Below are positions 13,339 to 26,631 of a stretch of 64,000 nucleotides of DNA, in pieces. The notes under the pieces are model-generated. The model was not told the DNA's origin, did not search any database, and worked only from the letters and a program-made list of their open reading frames with translations. Source of the DNA: Trichosphaerium sp. ATCC 40318 (taxonomy: Eukaryota; Protista; Tubulinea); assembly GCA_038496445.1 (NCBI GenBank), contig JALMLS010000179.1, positions 310,001 to 374,000 of the forward strand. The letters run 5' to 3'. The stretch's first letter is position 1, and every line of letters starts with the position of its first letter. Both the position numbers and the translations under genes were made by a program.

Positions 13339-15906
13339 ATGACATCTGTAGAGGGTGCTTTCGAAAACGAAACAGCATTACAGAATGCTACAGCTGAAAC
13401 TGGTGACAAGGGTACGGAAGAGGAACAAACCCAAACCAAAGTAGCCGTGAGCGACTCAAAAAGTGCCTCAGACGATCGCACTGCAATCGACTCTTTAACA
13501 GCTGAAGCACGAGATGAAACGGGTGAAGATAATAATACAGACGATACAAATGATCAGCAAACTGAATCAGGAGAAGAAGCGGGTGTTAGTGATAATATTG
13601 ATCTCGAAGAAACCGACAATAGATCTCTCGTACGCTACAATAAGTATTGGACGCCTGCAACTTATTTTTATTAGACTTCAGGTGTTTCAGTCAATGAACA
13701 GGGCGTAAATTCGGCAGAGGCCACCACAACGCCAATCGAAGCGCCAGACGCGCCAACAGATGAGAATAAGGAAGTACAGGAGCCTGTCAAAGAAAGAAGG
13801 CGTAGTTCGACAGGCACGCTTAATACACCTGTGCGTCCTAGCGGTAGTGAAGCAGATGTCGGTTCGGGACGGTCCCGTGCAGGCAGAAGTTCAAGTGCAC
13901 CTCCAGTAGAAACACCAATAGATGACGCTAATGCTGACGCAAACGCTGATGAACAAGGTTAGTAATATTCCATTAACTAACACTATCATTACCAACGATT
14001 GGTTTAGATAAACGACGAGATAAGAGTTCTCTAGCAAGTGATTTTGAGCCTGAACAAAATGTTGGTAGATTTTTTACAAGATTTAAAACGTACGGAGATA
14101 CATTAGGTCGTTATGTGGTCTTATGTTACCTCCAGATTTTTCAAAAAAAATATAAATGAATTACATATATCTACGACAAGGCCAAGGTGCGTATACACAT
14201 TACAAAGTGGAAACAAATAATAATATATTGAAATTTCGCTTTATTGCGCTTATTTTATCTTAATTTACTCTTAGAATGTTGCCACCAAAGGATAAGACAG
14301 AAGAGGAGCGTCATTTACGTCAATATGAGGAGATGATGAGAAAATCACGTGAGTTGATTGGTTTTTTTGAAAACGTTTTGGTGTCTTTTATGTGACCGAC
14401 GGTTAGGTACAAAAGAAGAAAGACAGCGACTTACACGAGAAGAGAAGAAGAGGAGAAGGGAAAATCAAATAGGCCAAAATATAGAGAGGTGGAAACAACA
14501 TTTACCAACATGGCACAGGTTCGCTTATCTTTTATTGTTGTTTGGTTTCTTTTTTTTGTACTCCAGTGTTTTAAGAGCTATTTCTTAAACCATGTAGAAA
14601 AGATGCAGAGCGAACAAAAGACTTGTGGTTACATGGTGTACCTTCAAATATGCGTGGTGATATTTGGGTAAAAATGGCTTCAAATGAATTGAATATAACA
14701 CCTGAATTGTACACTATTCACTTAAAGGGTGCCGAAAGGGTGAGTATAATAACTATACTGGAAATGAGTGGTCTGTATTACAATATTTACTTTCTGATCC
14801 AGGCACGAAGAGAAATGAAAGAGGAAAAAGTTGGTGTTGGGAAGGAAGATACAGTATTATTAATTCCACTTGATTTACCACGAACTTTTCCAGCTTTATC
14901 ATTTTTTAATGAAGATGGCCCTTACCATCCTATATTGCGTAATGTTTTAGAGGCATATGTATGCTTTAGACCTGATATTGGATATGTGCGTTCAATAATA
15001 ACCTTTTAGGCTATGTGCTGAAGCAACTTTGTAAAAAAATTATTGCTATTCTTTTTCTTTTTTTCTTACAATGTTAGGTTCAAGGCATGTCGTATTTAGC
15101 TGCAATACTCTTATTGAATGTGAGTGAGTGTAATGCATTTATTGTTCTTGCCAATATGTTGAATACGCGGATGCATCTTGCTTTTTACAGTATGCAAGTG
15201 GAAAAAGTGCGTAACCTTTGTAGTATTTGCGCCAGCTGTTGTTAACCTTCTGTCTTAGATACATGCGTATTACCGTGTATTTCAAACCATGCTTGATTTT
15301 TTCCTTCCTAAACTAAGTGCCCACCTCACAAAATTGGGTGTCCCTCCTGAATTGTATTTACTGGATTGGTACACTTAATTTTTTTCTTTTTTTTTGTTCA
15401 CATTTTTTTCGGCCTTTAAGCAGACTTGCTGCACCATTGTGTTTTGACTTACCGCGGTTTTTATAGGGTGCTCACAATTTTTTCAAAAACTCTTCCTCTT
15501 GATGTTGCAATGCATGTTTGGGATGTTTATCTACTGAAGGGAGAGTCATTTATATATCGTGTTGGATTGGGTACAGGAAAAATTAAGTTTGGATTAAGTT
15601 GCAGTTTTCGTGCTAATGTATTGTATACTGTAGGTTTACTCAAGCTATTCAGAGAGAGACTTTTACGTGAGGAAATGGAAGGTTGCTTGACACTCATTTG
15701 TGGTTTGTCTTCTGAGGTACTTAACGTCGAACAAGCCTTGCTTTTTTTCTTGTCGTAAATTCAAAAAAAAAAAGTTGTTTTCTTACCTGAAGTCTGCGCA
15801 GAATATCGAAGATGATGCTTTGTTTCAACAAATTTGGAGTATTGATTTTACAGAGGAACAGTATGAGAAAGTGTATGGAGTACATACGGCGTCACTTAAA
15901 GTGTAA
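13339..15906 (+). CDS. TBC1D12/14-like Rab-GAP, multi-exon
   Basis: Acidic N-terminus, LPPKDKTEEERHLRQYEEM, LWLHGVPSNMRGDIW, IPLDLPRTFPAL, LEAYVCFRPDIGYVQGMSYLAA and PLDVAMHVWDVYL. Confidence 0.9.
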
Positions 15907-16173
15907 ATAATGATTATATATAAAAAAGAAGTTACGTCATAAAACAAGAGTTCATGGTTTGTATCACGTGTTGCCTTTTATGTATTTCAAACAAGTGAAC
16001 ATTATTTTGATGATGAAAATGTCAATTCGCAAATATCACTGATTGTGTGGGAGGTTGAACTCAGCCTGCGCAAGCACATTTTGTCAACATTTTTCTTGGC
16101 TTAAAAAGTGGATTCACTCAACTGACGCAGTAGAATTAGCGTTATTCGCGTAATTTGAGGCTAGGTCAGCGCC

Positions 16174-16931
16174 ATGGAACGTATCAATAGTCAATGGGTT
16201 GATCCGACTGTAAATGACTCTACGAGTGCCCCTACGCAACCAGCAGATGTACCACAGAATTTAGACCAGCCTGCAGCAGCAACAGACTCTACAGCCAAAC
16301 CAGTCAATCCTAGAGATGACCTAGCAGTCGCTGTCTACGGCACAGGTAGCGAATACGGAACATTAGCCAATAATTGGCGAGCTGTGCACCCAGCGTATAC
16401 CTACATACAAACAATAGCGTACGCTACAATTTTAGTTGGTGTACGCGTTGCACTTCATCTTTCAACGCCTATGGACGAAAGTGCCATATTAGCGTTTGCC
16501 AGCTGGTTAGAAACCGAAAAACTAGCGTACAAGAAAAGGTACGTCACGTTTCTGTGTTAACACGGGCATTTAAGACGTTTTTATGTGACTTTGCGTGTCA
16601 GTTATTTTATTTTGAATTTAAATGCGCTACTACAGGAAAAAAATGAGCAACGAAGTATATGAAGCAATGACAAGGCTCGTAGTGGAATTTCAAGATGAAG
16701 CAGAGCTATGTGCGCAAATGAGTGCTACTGTGACACGTAGCTGGTTCACTGGTATCAAAACTGCAAAGGTGAGCACATTAAAGCACTTTATTAGCGTTAA
16801 CGTATGTGACTTAGATCAAATTTTCAAAAAGAGAAGATTCGCCCGAGTTTATCTTCAATGGGTATTTTGGGACTTGGTATAGCACTTTATATAATACAAA
16901 ACTGCTGGTGGATATGTTATCAGAAGAATGA
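16174..16931 (+). CDS. Hypothetical protein, 3 exons
   Basis: GT-AG splicing joins ORFs 16174 and 16622 and a final exon ending TGA at 16929-16931. No family recognised. Confidence 0.6.
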
Positions 16932-17825
16932 ACACTTATCTAAGCACCTCTGATGTCGTTGGAAGCTTTTGTTGTGAAGACTTTTTTTTTTTTTGGTTTC
17001 GGGTAGTTGCTCTTTTTTGCTGGTCTCTAGAACTTTAGTACGTAGTTTATCCGACAACTACATATTACAGCGTCACAAAATAAAATAAATTGGTGTTGTC
17101 ATTTGGTTTCTAGGCAAGAAAAAAATTTCAAAACAAAAAGGTAAAAAAAACCGAACTGTCCTAACCAATTTGTACCCACTGTAGGCTTTTGTTTGTAGAA
17201 TGCAGTACATGAAAATATTGGTTATTACGAGGTATTGATACTGTGCAGTACGTTTCCAAAGTAGAAAAAATAATGGATGAAGCGTATGTTGGGGAAAGAA
17301 AAAACCTGAAAATCACATCATACTTCTTTTTTTTTTTTTTCTTGCGTGTGTATTTAAACAGCCCCGAAATATGGTGGGTTAAAACGCATGTGTACTTGAA
17401 TTGGTAGTGAGGACCAAAAAACGGAGAAAATTCTAGTTTGTCTTAGAACCACCCCCTTGTACCGTTATATCGCGAAAAACTGCGATTTTGTATTGGTGTC
17501 ATCGCTGTAGTTTTTCTTTTTCATCCGTAGTCTTATTCTTTCGAGATTACGTCTATTTAACTCTACGTGAACGGCGGGGTAACATCCGTTGCGTTGAAAA
17601 AGGGTTTGGTTAGTCAGAAAGATTGCTTAATTTAGTATCACCATTAAAATGCCACACTGTTGTGATTCTTATTTTTTGTTCTAACCTCTCCGGTTATCAT
17701 CCACACTTTAACCAAATATAAGTATTGCGTTTAGTTACACACTTTTAAATCTAAAACTACCCTCTAGTCTTATACAGTCAAGTTTTGTTAGAGTTTATAC
17801 GACAAACATAACTTCACCTTGTTAA

Positions 17826-19916
17826 ATGGACAACACTTTATCAGGTTCAAAGATATTCACTATTTCTTTATGCCTTTTGGCCAGTTATGTTTCGGCTTCT
17901 CTGGTGATTTATCCTCCGAGCCCACAAGCGGGCAGCCACCCAGTAATAGGACAGGATATTGGTAGATACACCAATTTATATCAACCGATCAACGTGACAA
18001 TTGTAAATGAGCAGAGAGATTTTTTAGGTAACATACAAAGCCGCCAAACACTATTTGAGATACCACTCTACTAGCGTAATTTTGATAAAATGATGACTAA
18101 AATTTTTTTATCACGTGTTGAAATTTGGATTGTCACGTGGTTTTTTTTATTTACCAATCGCTTATTTCATTCAAACAGGACTTGCGGTCATTATAGATAT
18201 GGTGAACATAAAGACTTCGGTTCGGGGTTCCAGGTAAATGTCGACAATTTTAGTTCTAAGTCTTTCGTTTATGGTTTTTTTTTATTTTGATTTTTTTTTG
18301 TCAGCATCAGTTTTGTGAATCCGTATTAACACTATGACATTTACGATTGATTACTCTTTTTTTGATTTTGCTTTTAGACTCGAAGATCTTCAAAAACGAG
18401 GTGCTGAAATGATTATTGTAGCTATTGGTGATGACTCTATTCCACAAGGTTAGTTTTCTTTGGAGTTTTTATTGTTCCATGTTATTATTTTACTAATTAA
18501 TGTAATCACTCTAGAGTTGTTTGCTTATAGTATTGATAATCCAAGGCGCTATGATATTAACTTACATATACCTATATTCACTGTTGACAAGAACGATTTA
18601 TCCCCGGACATGCTTAATAGTAGTACACAATGGCAAGGCATAATTTCTTCGGGTAATTAATTATTGCGAAAACAATAATTCACAATTAAAATTAAATTAG
18701 ATTTCAATGCATACTATGCAACAGTAAATCATTGGGGATTCTATGTGGCTTATGGCATAACTATATTTGTAACGCTCATAGCATTTTCATTATGCAGTGT
18801 TAAGTTATGTCGGCTCATTATTGAAGAAAGGTGCCTTAACCTAAGATTATCTTTGGTATGTTTGGCTATGATGGTGGCCGCAAACTTTTGTACGTCCTTT
18901 CTTTGATGTATAAGCGAGTTATCCTAACAATCATGTAGTACGCTTTATGTTTCTTATTGATCCGGCTCGCTCGTTCCAACTCATTCCGGTGTCTATCGTG
19001 TTCACACTTCAGAACTCAAGTTTACCGATAACTGTTAGTGTTATGCTATTGATTACAATGTATTGGCATGAAACACTCCAAGGAAAATCTGTCATTGCTA
19101 GCGCTTTTTTAATGAGCATGAAACTACCTTTTTTGATATCTGTCGTTGTTGTAAATGGTCTGGAGTTCGTAGCAGGGATGTTAAGGATATTTGTCTCAGG
19201 ATCAACTTTGACAACAATCGTCGAAATACTAAGTTGGGTTCGTCGGCTTTTTTAACTCTTTGCAGCTCTGTTGTAACATCTTTTTTAGCTTGTCATATTT
19301 GCTACGTCAATAAGCACACTAACTTATTCATCAATAATAAGTTGGCGTCTTTATGTAGTACTCAAGAAGCGTATGGTCAATAACAAAGATCAAAAGTGGC
19401 TTAACCTGGTACGCGCTTTGTTAAGTTAGTAGCAATTACGCCTCACACTGTATAAAGGTAAAAATAAGGATAATAGTCGCAAACGCTCTGTTGACTCTCC
19501 TTCTTTTGACAATCGCTGTTATAGCTATAGTTGTTTCAGGTACAGATTGTAGAGTAGATTCTTATTATTTTCTTATATTCATTTTAGGAAATCAAGCTGG
19601 TCCAAGTTTCTTGGTATACATGGCTTTTCTATACATTCTTCTTCTTGATGGTCTTTCTATAACACAAGCATTAGCTTTTGCTAAGCCAAGTACACCCAAA
19701 AGTCGCACAAGCGGTCGAAGAAGACCTTCACAGCATGCTACAACATCAAGCTCTAACAAGATGACAACGGCTCATACAACGGCATCAACAGCGACTATAT
19801 CAACTCATGGAACTCCACCTATAACACCAATAGTGACAACAAAAAGAGAATTAAATTCAAAGCAAACCTTATCACTAGCAACTGTAGTAGTCAACGATAC
19901 CAATGACGATGACTAG
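17826..19916 (+). CDS. Signal peptide + PA-like extracellular domain + multi-TM (7TM-like) membrane protein
   Basis: N-terminal signal peptide, LQKRGAEMIIVA...IPIFTV (PA-like), several TM exons (FLIDP, LLITMYWHETL) and an S/T-rich tail. Confidence 0.65.
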
Positions 19917-20148
19917 GTTTCCTTTGTGGTTTCTGTCAAAAAAAAAAAAAACGTCATAATAGTGTGTACATAGAAATAAATGAGATTTTGTTTACAATCG
20001 TTTTCCCTGCGAGGTTTGTAGTTCATTTTCCAACACGAGTAAGATGTCCAAGCGATACACAACTTTTTTTTTTAGCCGAATTTCATCGCATTTCGGCATT
20101 CGTGCTTGGTCATTATCAGGTACTTAACGACAAAAATAGGTCACTGCA

Positions 20149-20751
20149 ATGAGTGATACACGACAAGCCCAAATTGATGCAGAGGAAGCGGAATTAAAAA
20201 GATTGCGCTCCAAAGCCGAAGAAGACGGTGATTGGTCAGATGGAGAGTTGAATGAGTTAAATACAAGGGAAGAGAGGCTAGAAAAAGTGAGATTGGGCGA
20301 ACTGGAGTTAGAAGTAAAGAAAAAGCCGCATTTCAGCTCTTTCAAGATAAATAAAGGTCTAGACGCAGCACTAGCAGCTCGTATGGGCAAAACAGACACA
20401 AATCTAAATTTAAAGACATACGTAACAGAACAATCGTTAAAAGTGACAATAAAGGATACTGACGCTAATAAAGAGTTACCTATGGTAGCTGAAATGTCAT
20501 GGACTGGGCTAGTGTTTAAATCTCAGGTACACAATTCAACATCAATGAAACACAACTCTGCTGACACTCACTGAAAGGTAATGGCAGCTTTGGGGCTTTC
20601 TGGAGGCTTTGGAGGATTTATAATGGAGTGTGATGGAGAATCGTTCCTCTCTCGCGCTTCAGTTGCAACCAATTCTAAAATTAAAGCTGGTAGTGTTATA
20701 GAGATCCGTGCGCGTAAGGAAGGAGAACCACGCAGGACAGGTGAAACCTAG
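20149..20751 (+). CDS. Small coiled-coil protein with C-terminal ubiquitin-like domain, 2 exons
   Basis: Charged helical N-terminus followed by LKVTIKD...FKSQVMAALG...SKIKAGSVIEIRAR, a beta-grasp-like pattern. Confidence 0.6.
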
Positions 20752-21232
20752 AGCCTAAATAAACACCTTACTAATGCATCTCCGCGGAAATTATTTACCG
20801 CTTAAGCGTACAATAGCTTTTGAGTGTGAAAGCACGAAATTGAAAATATCACAGTGATTTGATTTCTTTTTTTCATGTAAATTCTTACTAGCTATGAGAA
20901 TACGATGTTTAAATACTTGCACTCACATACGCGGAAGTCTGGCGTACAAACACGCCGAAAAGGCGCAAAACCACTTCCTTACACAAAGTATTAAATACAA
21001 GCGATTTTTCAAATAAAATAATAGGCTATCGGTTTTGTTGACGAGAATGGCAATAACATATACAAAAACCCACTTGACAGCTTTTTTATCTCATTAATTA
21101 AGCCATGAGTACTTTGAATGACCTATTAACAAGTCCGGGGAGCACGAGTGAAGACATAATTACATTGATTAAATGAAAATGACTAAGAGTTATGCTAACA
21201 CGTGTTGTTATTTATTCTGGAAAATCGCATTT

Positions 21233-23356
21233 ATGTTCAGTTTATGCCATGGGATAGTACTCGCTGCATCAATACTAACCGTAAACAACAAAAGGTAGCC
21301 GTCTTGTAAATGTAGGACAAGTTGAGGTAATTTCTTTTCTTCGCAGGGTAGTGTTCAACAAAGACTTTGCCCAAAGATCGTTTGGAGAAGGTAAACTAGG
21401 TTAATTTCTTGGGGATTTGGTGATATTTACTTGTTTTCATTAGGCCCCGAATATACTCGCGCGCGATGTTTACTAAGCTGTGACCATTGCGTTAGCGATA
21501 GCCCTGACCTTATATCTGCCCCTTGTTTGGATTCAACCTTGACTTCAGTGACAGACATAACACCAGTTGGTTTAATGGAGTACGATTTGTTTATTTCTGG
21601 TCCAATGGGAGAACGCCAAGACGAGCTTGACACAATACTGAATTGGGTCGGACAAGGAAACGTTGCACTTTTACAGTGCGATACTACAAATACATCATAC
21701 TGTGATGACTTTTCAGGTACATTAACTTCTTTGTGCTAGTGTTATTAAGTACCTATCGGATAGGTTACGGTATAACAGTACATCAAGACAATAGAAAATT
21801 GGAAAGCGATGGTGGATCAGACAAAAAGTTTATAATTAAAATGCTCGATCATCCGTTGTTCAAGCATGTTTACAATTTTGGTACAGGTATTTATGGATAC
21901 TGTTTCTTATTTAGACTAGGTCTGGATGAGCTTCCCTTCGAAATACGAGTACAACCACAAAATGGTAGTGAATAAATCTGTACCACAGCGTACTCATTCA
22001 TCCTTTAGTTTATTTCAAAGTCAGTTCAACTGCAAACGCACAAGTTCTTATTACAAAGAGTGGTGAAGCATTCTTTGTTGAAATGGAAATAGGTATTATA
22101 TTACGGTGGCCTTTTTCGTACTTCCTTTTCATTGAATAAAATAGGAGATGGTAGACTTTTTCTACTAGGGGATACAGACATATGGGACTACGATAACCTA
22201 AATGATCAAGTACCCATAAGCATTCTTCGGCAATTGCCGGTATATGGTTCGTACACCTATTTGTATCAAACACATACTCACTGTTGCTAGCCGAAACCAT
22301 TATGGCACCGCCACCAACTAGACCACCCACAAGTACGCCAACAGCTATGCCAACAACTGCACCTACCACTCGAGCACCCGCTATTGGTCCTACTCCTTCT
22401 CCTCCACCAACCATGGCGCCTACTCCAGTACAAACACTAGCCCCTACTGCTACACCAACAGAAGTATGGTTGTTTAATACTCTTTTTACTAAGTACAACT
22501 AGGCACCATCTACAACTGAGTCCCCTACAGTGCAACCAACAATCATTATCGAGGACGTAGTATTCGATGGCACAACTGTAATAGGCGGTGACTTGGGTAT
22601 TCTACAAAACAGCACAGTTCGTATTACCGGAGGTTCTACGTTAAAAATTGAAGGTAATCCCAAGACAAAATTACTTTCAATCTTGAAGTGGCAGTCCAAA
22701 TCGAAACTCAGTCTCTTCATTTCCAAAACCTTTGTAAAACGAAGACTGAACTCACTTTTGTTAACTTCTTTGAGATACTCACATATAGTACGTGTAGGTT
22801 GTCTCGTTGCTATTGATGGTAACTTGGAAATAAATGTGGAAGGCGACATTCCTGAAAATGGAACTAGTGTAGATGTTGCAACATTCACGTGCCGTCAATC
22901 TCAATTCAACACAGTGACAGTTTCTGAATCTGACCCATGCAAAAAAGTTACAGCAACAGAACAAGTGTATACAAGCTCAAAGCTATCAGTTGTATTCAGT
23001 GTTGACGAGGTTCCTTGCGAGAATTCTTCGAAGGGTCTTGAATGGTGGGCGCTGCTTCTCATCGTAATAGCTGTAGTAGCTGTTGCTGGAGGCATAGTTT
23101 TGTTCATACTACTGCATAAGGTACGTTTCACAAAAGTAGAGACTTCAAAACGGTTGGTTTTTGTTGTTTCTTTTCTCCTTTTGACAAAAACTGTATTTTC
23201 TCCGGTGCAACCTTGTTGCACTTCTGAGAAATACGCCCAGTTGCACTACTATACTATAAACTACGTCCTATGATCACCAAATCTAATTCTGTGTAGCCTA
23301 CACGACAAAAAGTGTTTCCTTTTACGAGCAACTTTAAAAAACGAGAAGCAATGTAA
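21233..23356 (+). CDS. Type I membrane/cell-surface protein with P/T-rich mucin-like stalk
   Basis: Signal peptide MFSLCHGIVLAASILT, PTxAPT repeats (22300-22530), TM segment WWALLLIVIAVVAVAGGIVLFILL and a short tail. Confidence 0.7.
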
Positions 23357-24041
23357 ATTAAATAGATTTCAACCAGATTTAAGAAAGAATAATCGTTTGG
23401 AAGTTTGTATTAAATTTTTTTTTGTAAACGAGCCTGACGACTTAAGTTGTTTTTAGTTCAAAGTTTCTGTAGCGAAATTTCTTTTTTTTTGGAATTAAAT
23501 GAACCTCTCAGACAATTAGTTGTGTACATTTTTTACACATTTTGGGTCTCCCATATCACAGTGATTCCATAGAACCTTGACGTAAAATCCTACGATTGTA
23601 GGATTAAAGGATAGCCACCACGTGGTGAAACTAAAGATGACTTATCAATAAAGCGCAATTAAGCCCGTTTTTGAGCACACAAACCAAATAGCACGCATAA
23701 AGTAGCAAGGGGCAACAACCACTTACCACCTTTACTATTTTTACACGTTATAACGGTGTTTTCATCTTAGAATTACGAAGAATACTTACTTCTTTACCTT
23801 GTACGCATAGCAACCTCAGAAAAAAGGCATACGCTATTAATTTGAATCATTACCTCTGTTTCCGCCCGTTTTATGGAACTTTGGTTGATCTGTGCGGGAT
23901 CTTTACTAAAGATAAAAATCATCACTTTTTACCACTACAACACCACCAAAACAAATCACTTTTCAATACAACGGCTATCACTCCTTCATTTCCAATCTAA
24001 AATATCGTTTAGTGCTCCATTTGTAACTTGCACCAACGACA

Positions 24042-25701
24042 ATGTCCAGACGTCGTCGTTCATCACAGAATAGTGATTCAGGTACGCACGTGAATAAGCA
24101 ATGCCGCAAAGGATGCAATTACATTACGAACCCTTCAATCCACGAACTCATCTTTTTGTAGAAGACACAGATCCTCTTAAAGATAAACATACACCTGTCG
24201 GTTCAGAGTACCAAGTGAACCTAGATGAAGTAGATATGACAAAAGATAAAGAAGCAGAGAATAGGTTAAAGGGTACACTTATATGGAACCCTACGAGTAC
24301 AAACAAGGAAGCACCAAAGTCTTTCTTGAAGAAAACACGACACGAACTATTCGATGTACGTACAACCCACTTTATTTTCTTTTGGGTCGTTTCTCGATTG
24401 AGTACAAACGAACATCGTCTCAACTTTCAAAAGTTGTAGATGACATGTTGTTCTCTTATTACCAAAACTGATACCACTCAAACTTTTTTTTCACGTGACC
24501 AAGAACGAGACGAAGAGTTTTTTTCTCACATTTTTTTTTGTCGTTTCGACTTTATGAGTTTTTTTGTATTAACCAGTCTTCTTCTTCAGGCTGCTCCTCT
24601 TTTTGATATTGATTTCTACGATGAAATACGCCCCGACCTTGAAAATATAGATAAGGACAAGGTACTCACAAGAGAGCAAGCCCTAGAGCTGTTCGCACAA
24701 CACAACTACGACGGAGACTCTGCTGCGGCAGAAATGAAGGCGAAAGGACTCACCTGGCACCCACATAGACCACAAGTAGTTATATGGACAGTACAGGAGG
24801 TCGCTATATTCGAATTGGGCATGTCTAAGTACTACAAGAAATTCAGCAGGATACAAAAAATGGTGCGAAGAAAAAAACTTTGTTATGTTTTTCGGCTTGT
24901 ATCAAAGTCAATAGCTTTCTAGCTTGAAGAGTTTACGTAACACGCGTTTACGCGGATTGTTTATGGCTCCTATTGATCCCGTTGTATGCTTAGCGCATAC
25001 CTTTTTTAACCGCTTTTAAAGGTAGAATCAAAGACGAAGAGGCAATGCATTGAATTTTACTTCTACTGGAAGGGATCACAGCGTTATGACAACTGGAGAG
25101 AGGACCATGCCCGAGGAAGGCTACCCAGGTCATATAAGCAAACAAAGCTGCCAATCAAGGGTAAGAAAAACGTAGTTTTCTTTTTTTGATTTCTTTTCTT
25201 CTCTGTTCGACTTTGTAGACTTCTTATAATTCTTCTTAGAGGATACTGGTAAACGAGATTCTAGACTTCGTAATCTACCACGCCTAGATTATAACCTTGG
25301 TGTCTCGAAGAAGCGTAAGAGGAACAAGCAGATGAGAAGGAAGAGTCAGGAACGCATGGCAGTAACACCAAGCCCACCTAGTATATTCTTTGATGTCGTA
25401 GTTATCGCTGATATCGACTGGGATCGTGTTAATCAGCTGAAACGACAACGTATTGAAGAGAAAGATGCATCTACTGATGCGGTGCCATTCAACTTTAACG
25501 CACAACCGATGCTGGTACGTAATAACTAAACATCTTTTTGGGGTTTTTTTGTGGAAAAAAAAAACACAAGTTTATGGTTTGCTTGTGTTTTGTTTTGAAG
25601 AATGACTTCACCCTCACATGAATTTAATGATGTGGGGTTTTTGTTGTTGCCGTTTGTTTGTGTTTGTTGAGTATTGATGATTTGTTTAGGAGGCAAAATA
25701 G
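24042..25701 (+). CDS. ELM2-SANT domain chromatin regulator
   Basis: ELM2 motifs PVGSEYQV...LIWNP...EQALELFAQHNYD, then SANT WTVQEVAIFELGMSKYYKKFSRIQKMVESKTKRQCIEFYFYWK. Confidence 0.88.
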
Positions 25702-25944
25702 CGCTTTTTTAATGAATGATTTATTATTCAACTGTAAATAAATTATAAACTTACAACAAAAAAAGTTTAGTTTCATTCAATTCCTTTTTTTTTTAAAGTG
25801 CTGGTTTGCATATTTCACAATAAATGTTTGTTTTATTGTTACATCCAATTTATGACTTTTACAGTTTCGGAGGTAGTATGCTTAATACTCCAACTGATAA
25901 ATATAGAAGCGTAAACATGCTACCAAAGTTCCTTCCATAACCAT

Positions 25945-26600
25945 TTACTTTATCATTTTTTTAAACAGGAGTTGGCCGTTCTCACGCCATTCCTATTCTC
26001 CATTTACCTTAGTACCTACGAAATAGCGTAGTTTGTGCACATTCCCATCCTAATGCCATGCCTTGTATTTTCCTTCATACTCGCCATTCTTCTTTGTACA
26101 AACCATACGTAGTTGACTACAACTGTATAAATACTTGCAGGTACCGTCTTCCTCGCCATTGAATTTTGTCAAACAACTCTTCATTTGTCCATCAGGATAC
26201 CATTCTTTGGATTCAGCATGACGAATACTATCCTTTACAAAGAAATGTCTCTGTAGTTCGTTCCTATGTCAAGTTTTACTTCGACTTGTACTTTGTTTCC
26301 CCACTGACAAAAACGCTTGGAAACTTGTCCATTGTCATAGAACTCTTCATACTTTCTGCACGTTTGCCATCCTTCACAATTTCACACAATCGGTTAGGAC
26401 CATTTTCATACAAGTGCTTTCCCTCCTAAGCCATGCTTAAAAAACGTTGCCTTGATAAGTGTCCATCCTGAACCATTTTTGAACCCACCCTTCTTTTTTA
26501 CCTGGCAAAGTAATACATTCAAATGAAACAGTTACCAATTGTCAAGTGGACTTATGTTACTCAACGTTTCTTTGTTGATGCCCAGTGCTGTACCGTTCAA
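25945..26600 (-). pseudogene. Decayed MORN-variant (MORN_2/YwqK-like) repeat gene
   Basis: Fragments KYEEFYDNGQV, SKEWYPDGQMK...NGEEDG...KNGEYEGKYKAWH*DGNV...KVNGE*EWRENGQL. In-frame TAG at 26050-26052 and 25993-25995 plus frameshifts; no introns. Confidence 0.75.
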
Positions 26601-26631
26601 GTTCTACGAAAAACTACAGCTGTTGCTTTTT

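Noticed and set aside
16010-16125. ATGATGA...CTGA...CTGA as a C/D snoRNA
   Set aside because: No terminal stem, and no rRNA-complementary guide directly upstream of a D box.
25993-26052. In-frame TAGs as evidence of stop-codon reassignment
   Set aside because: They come with frameshifts, and TAG terminates other genes normally (19916, 20751, 60015). Pseudogenisation is simpler.
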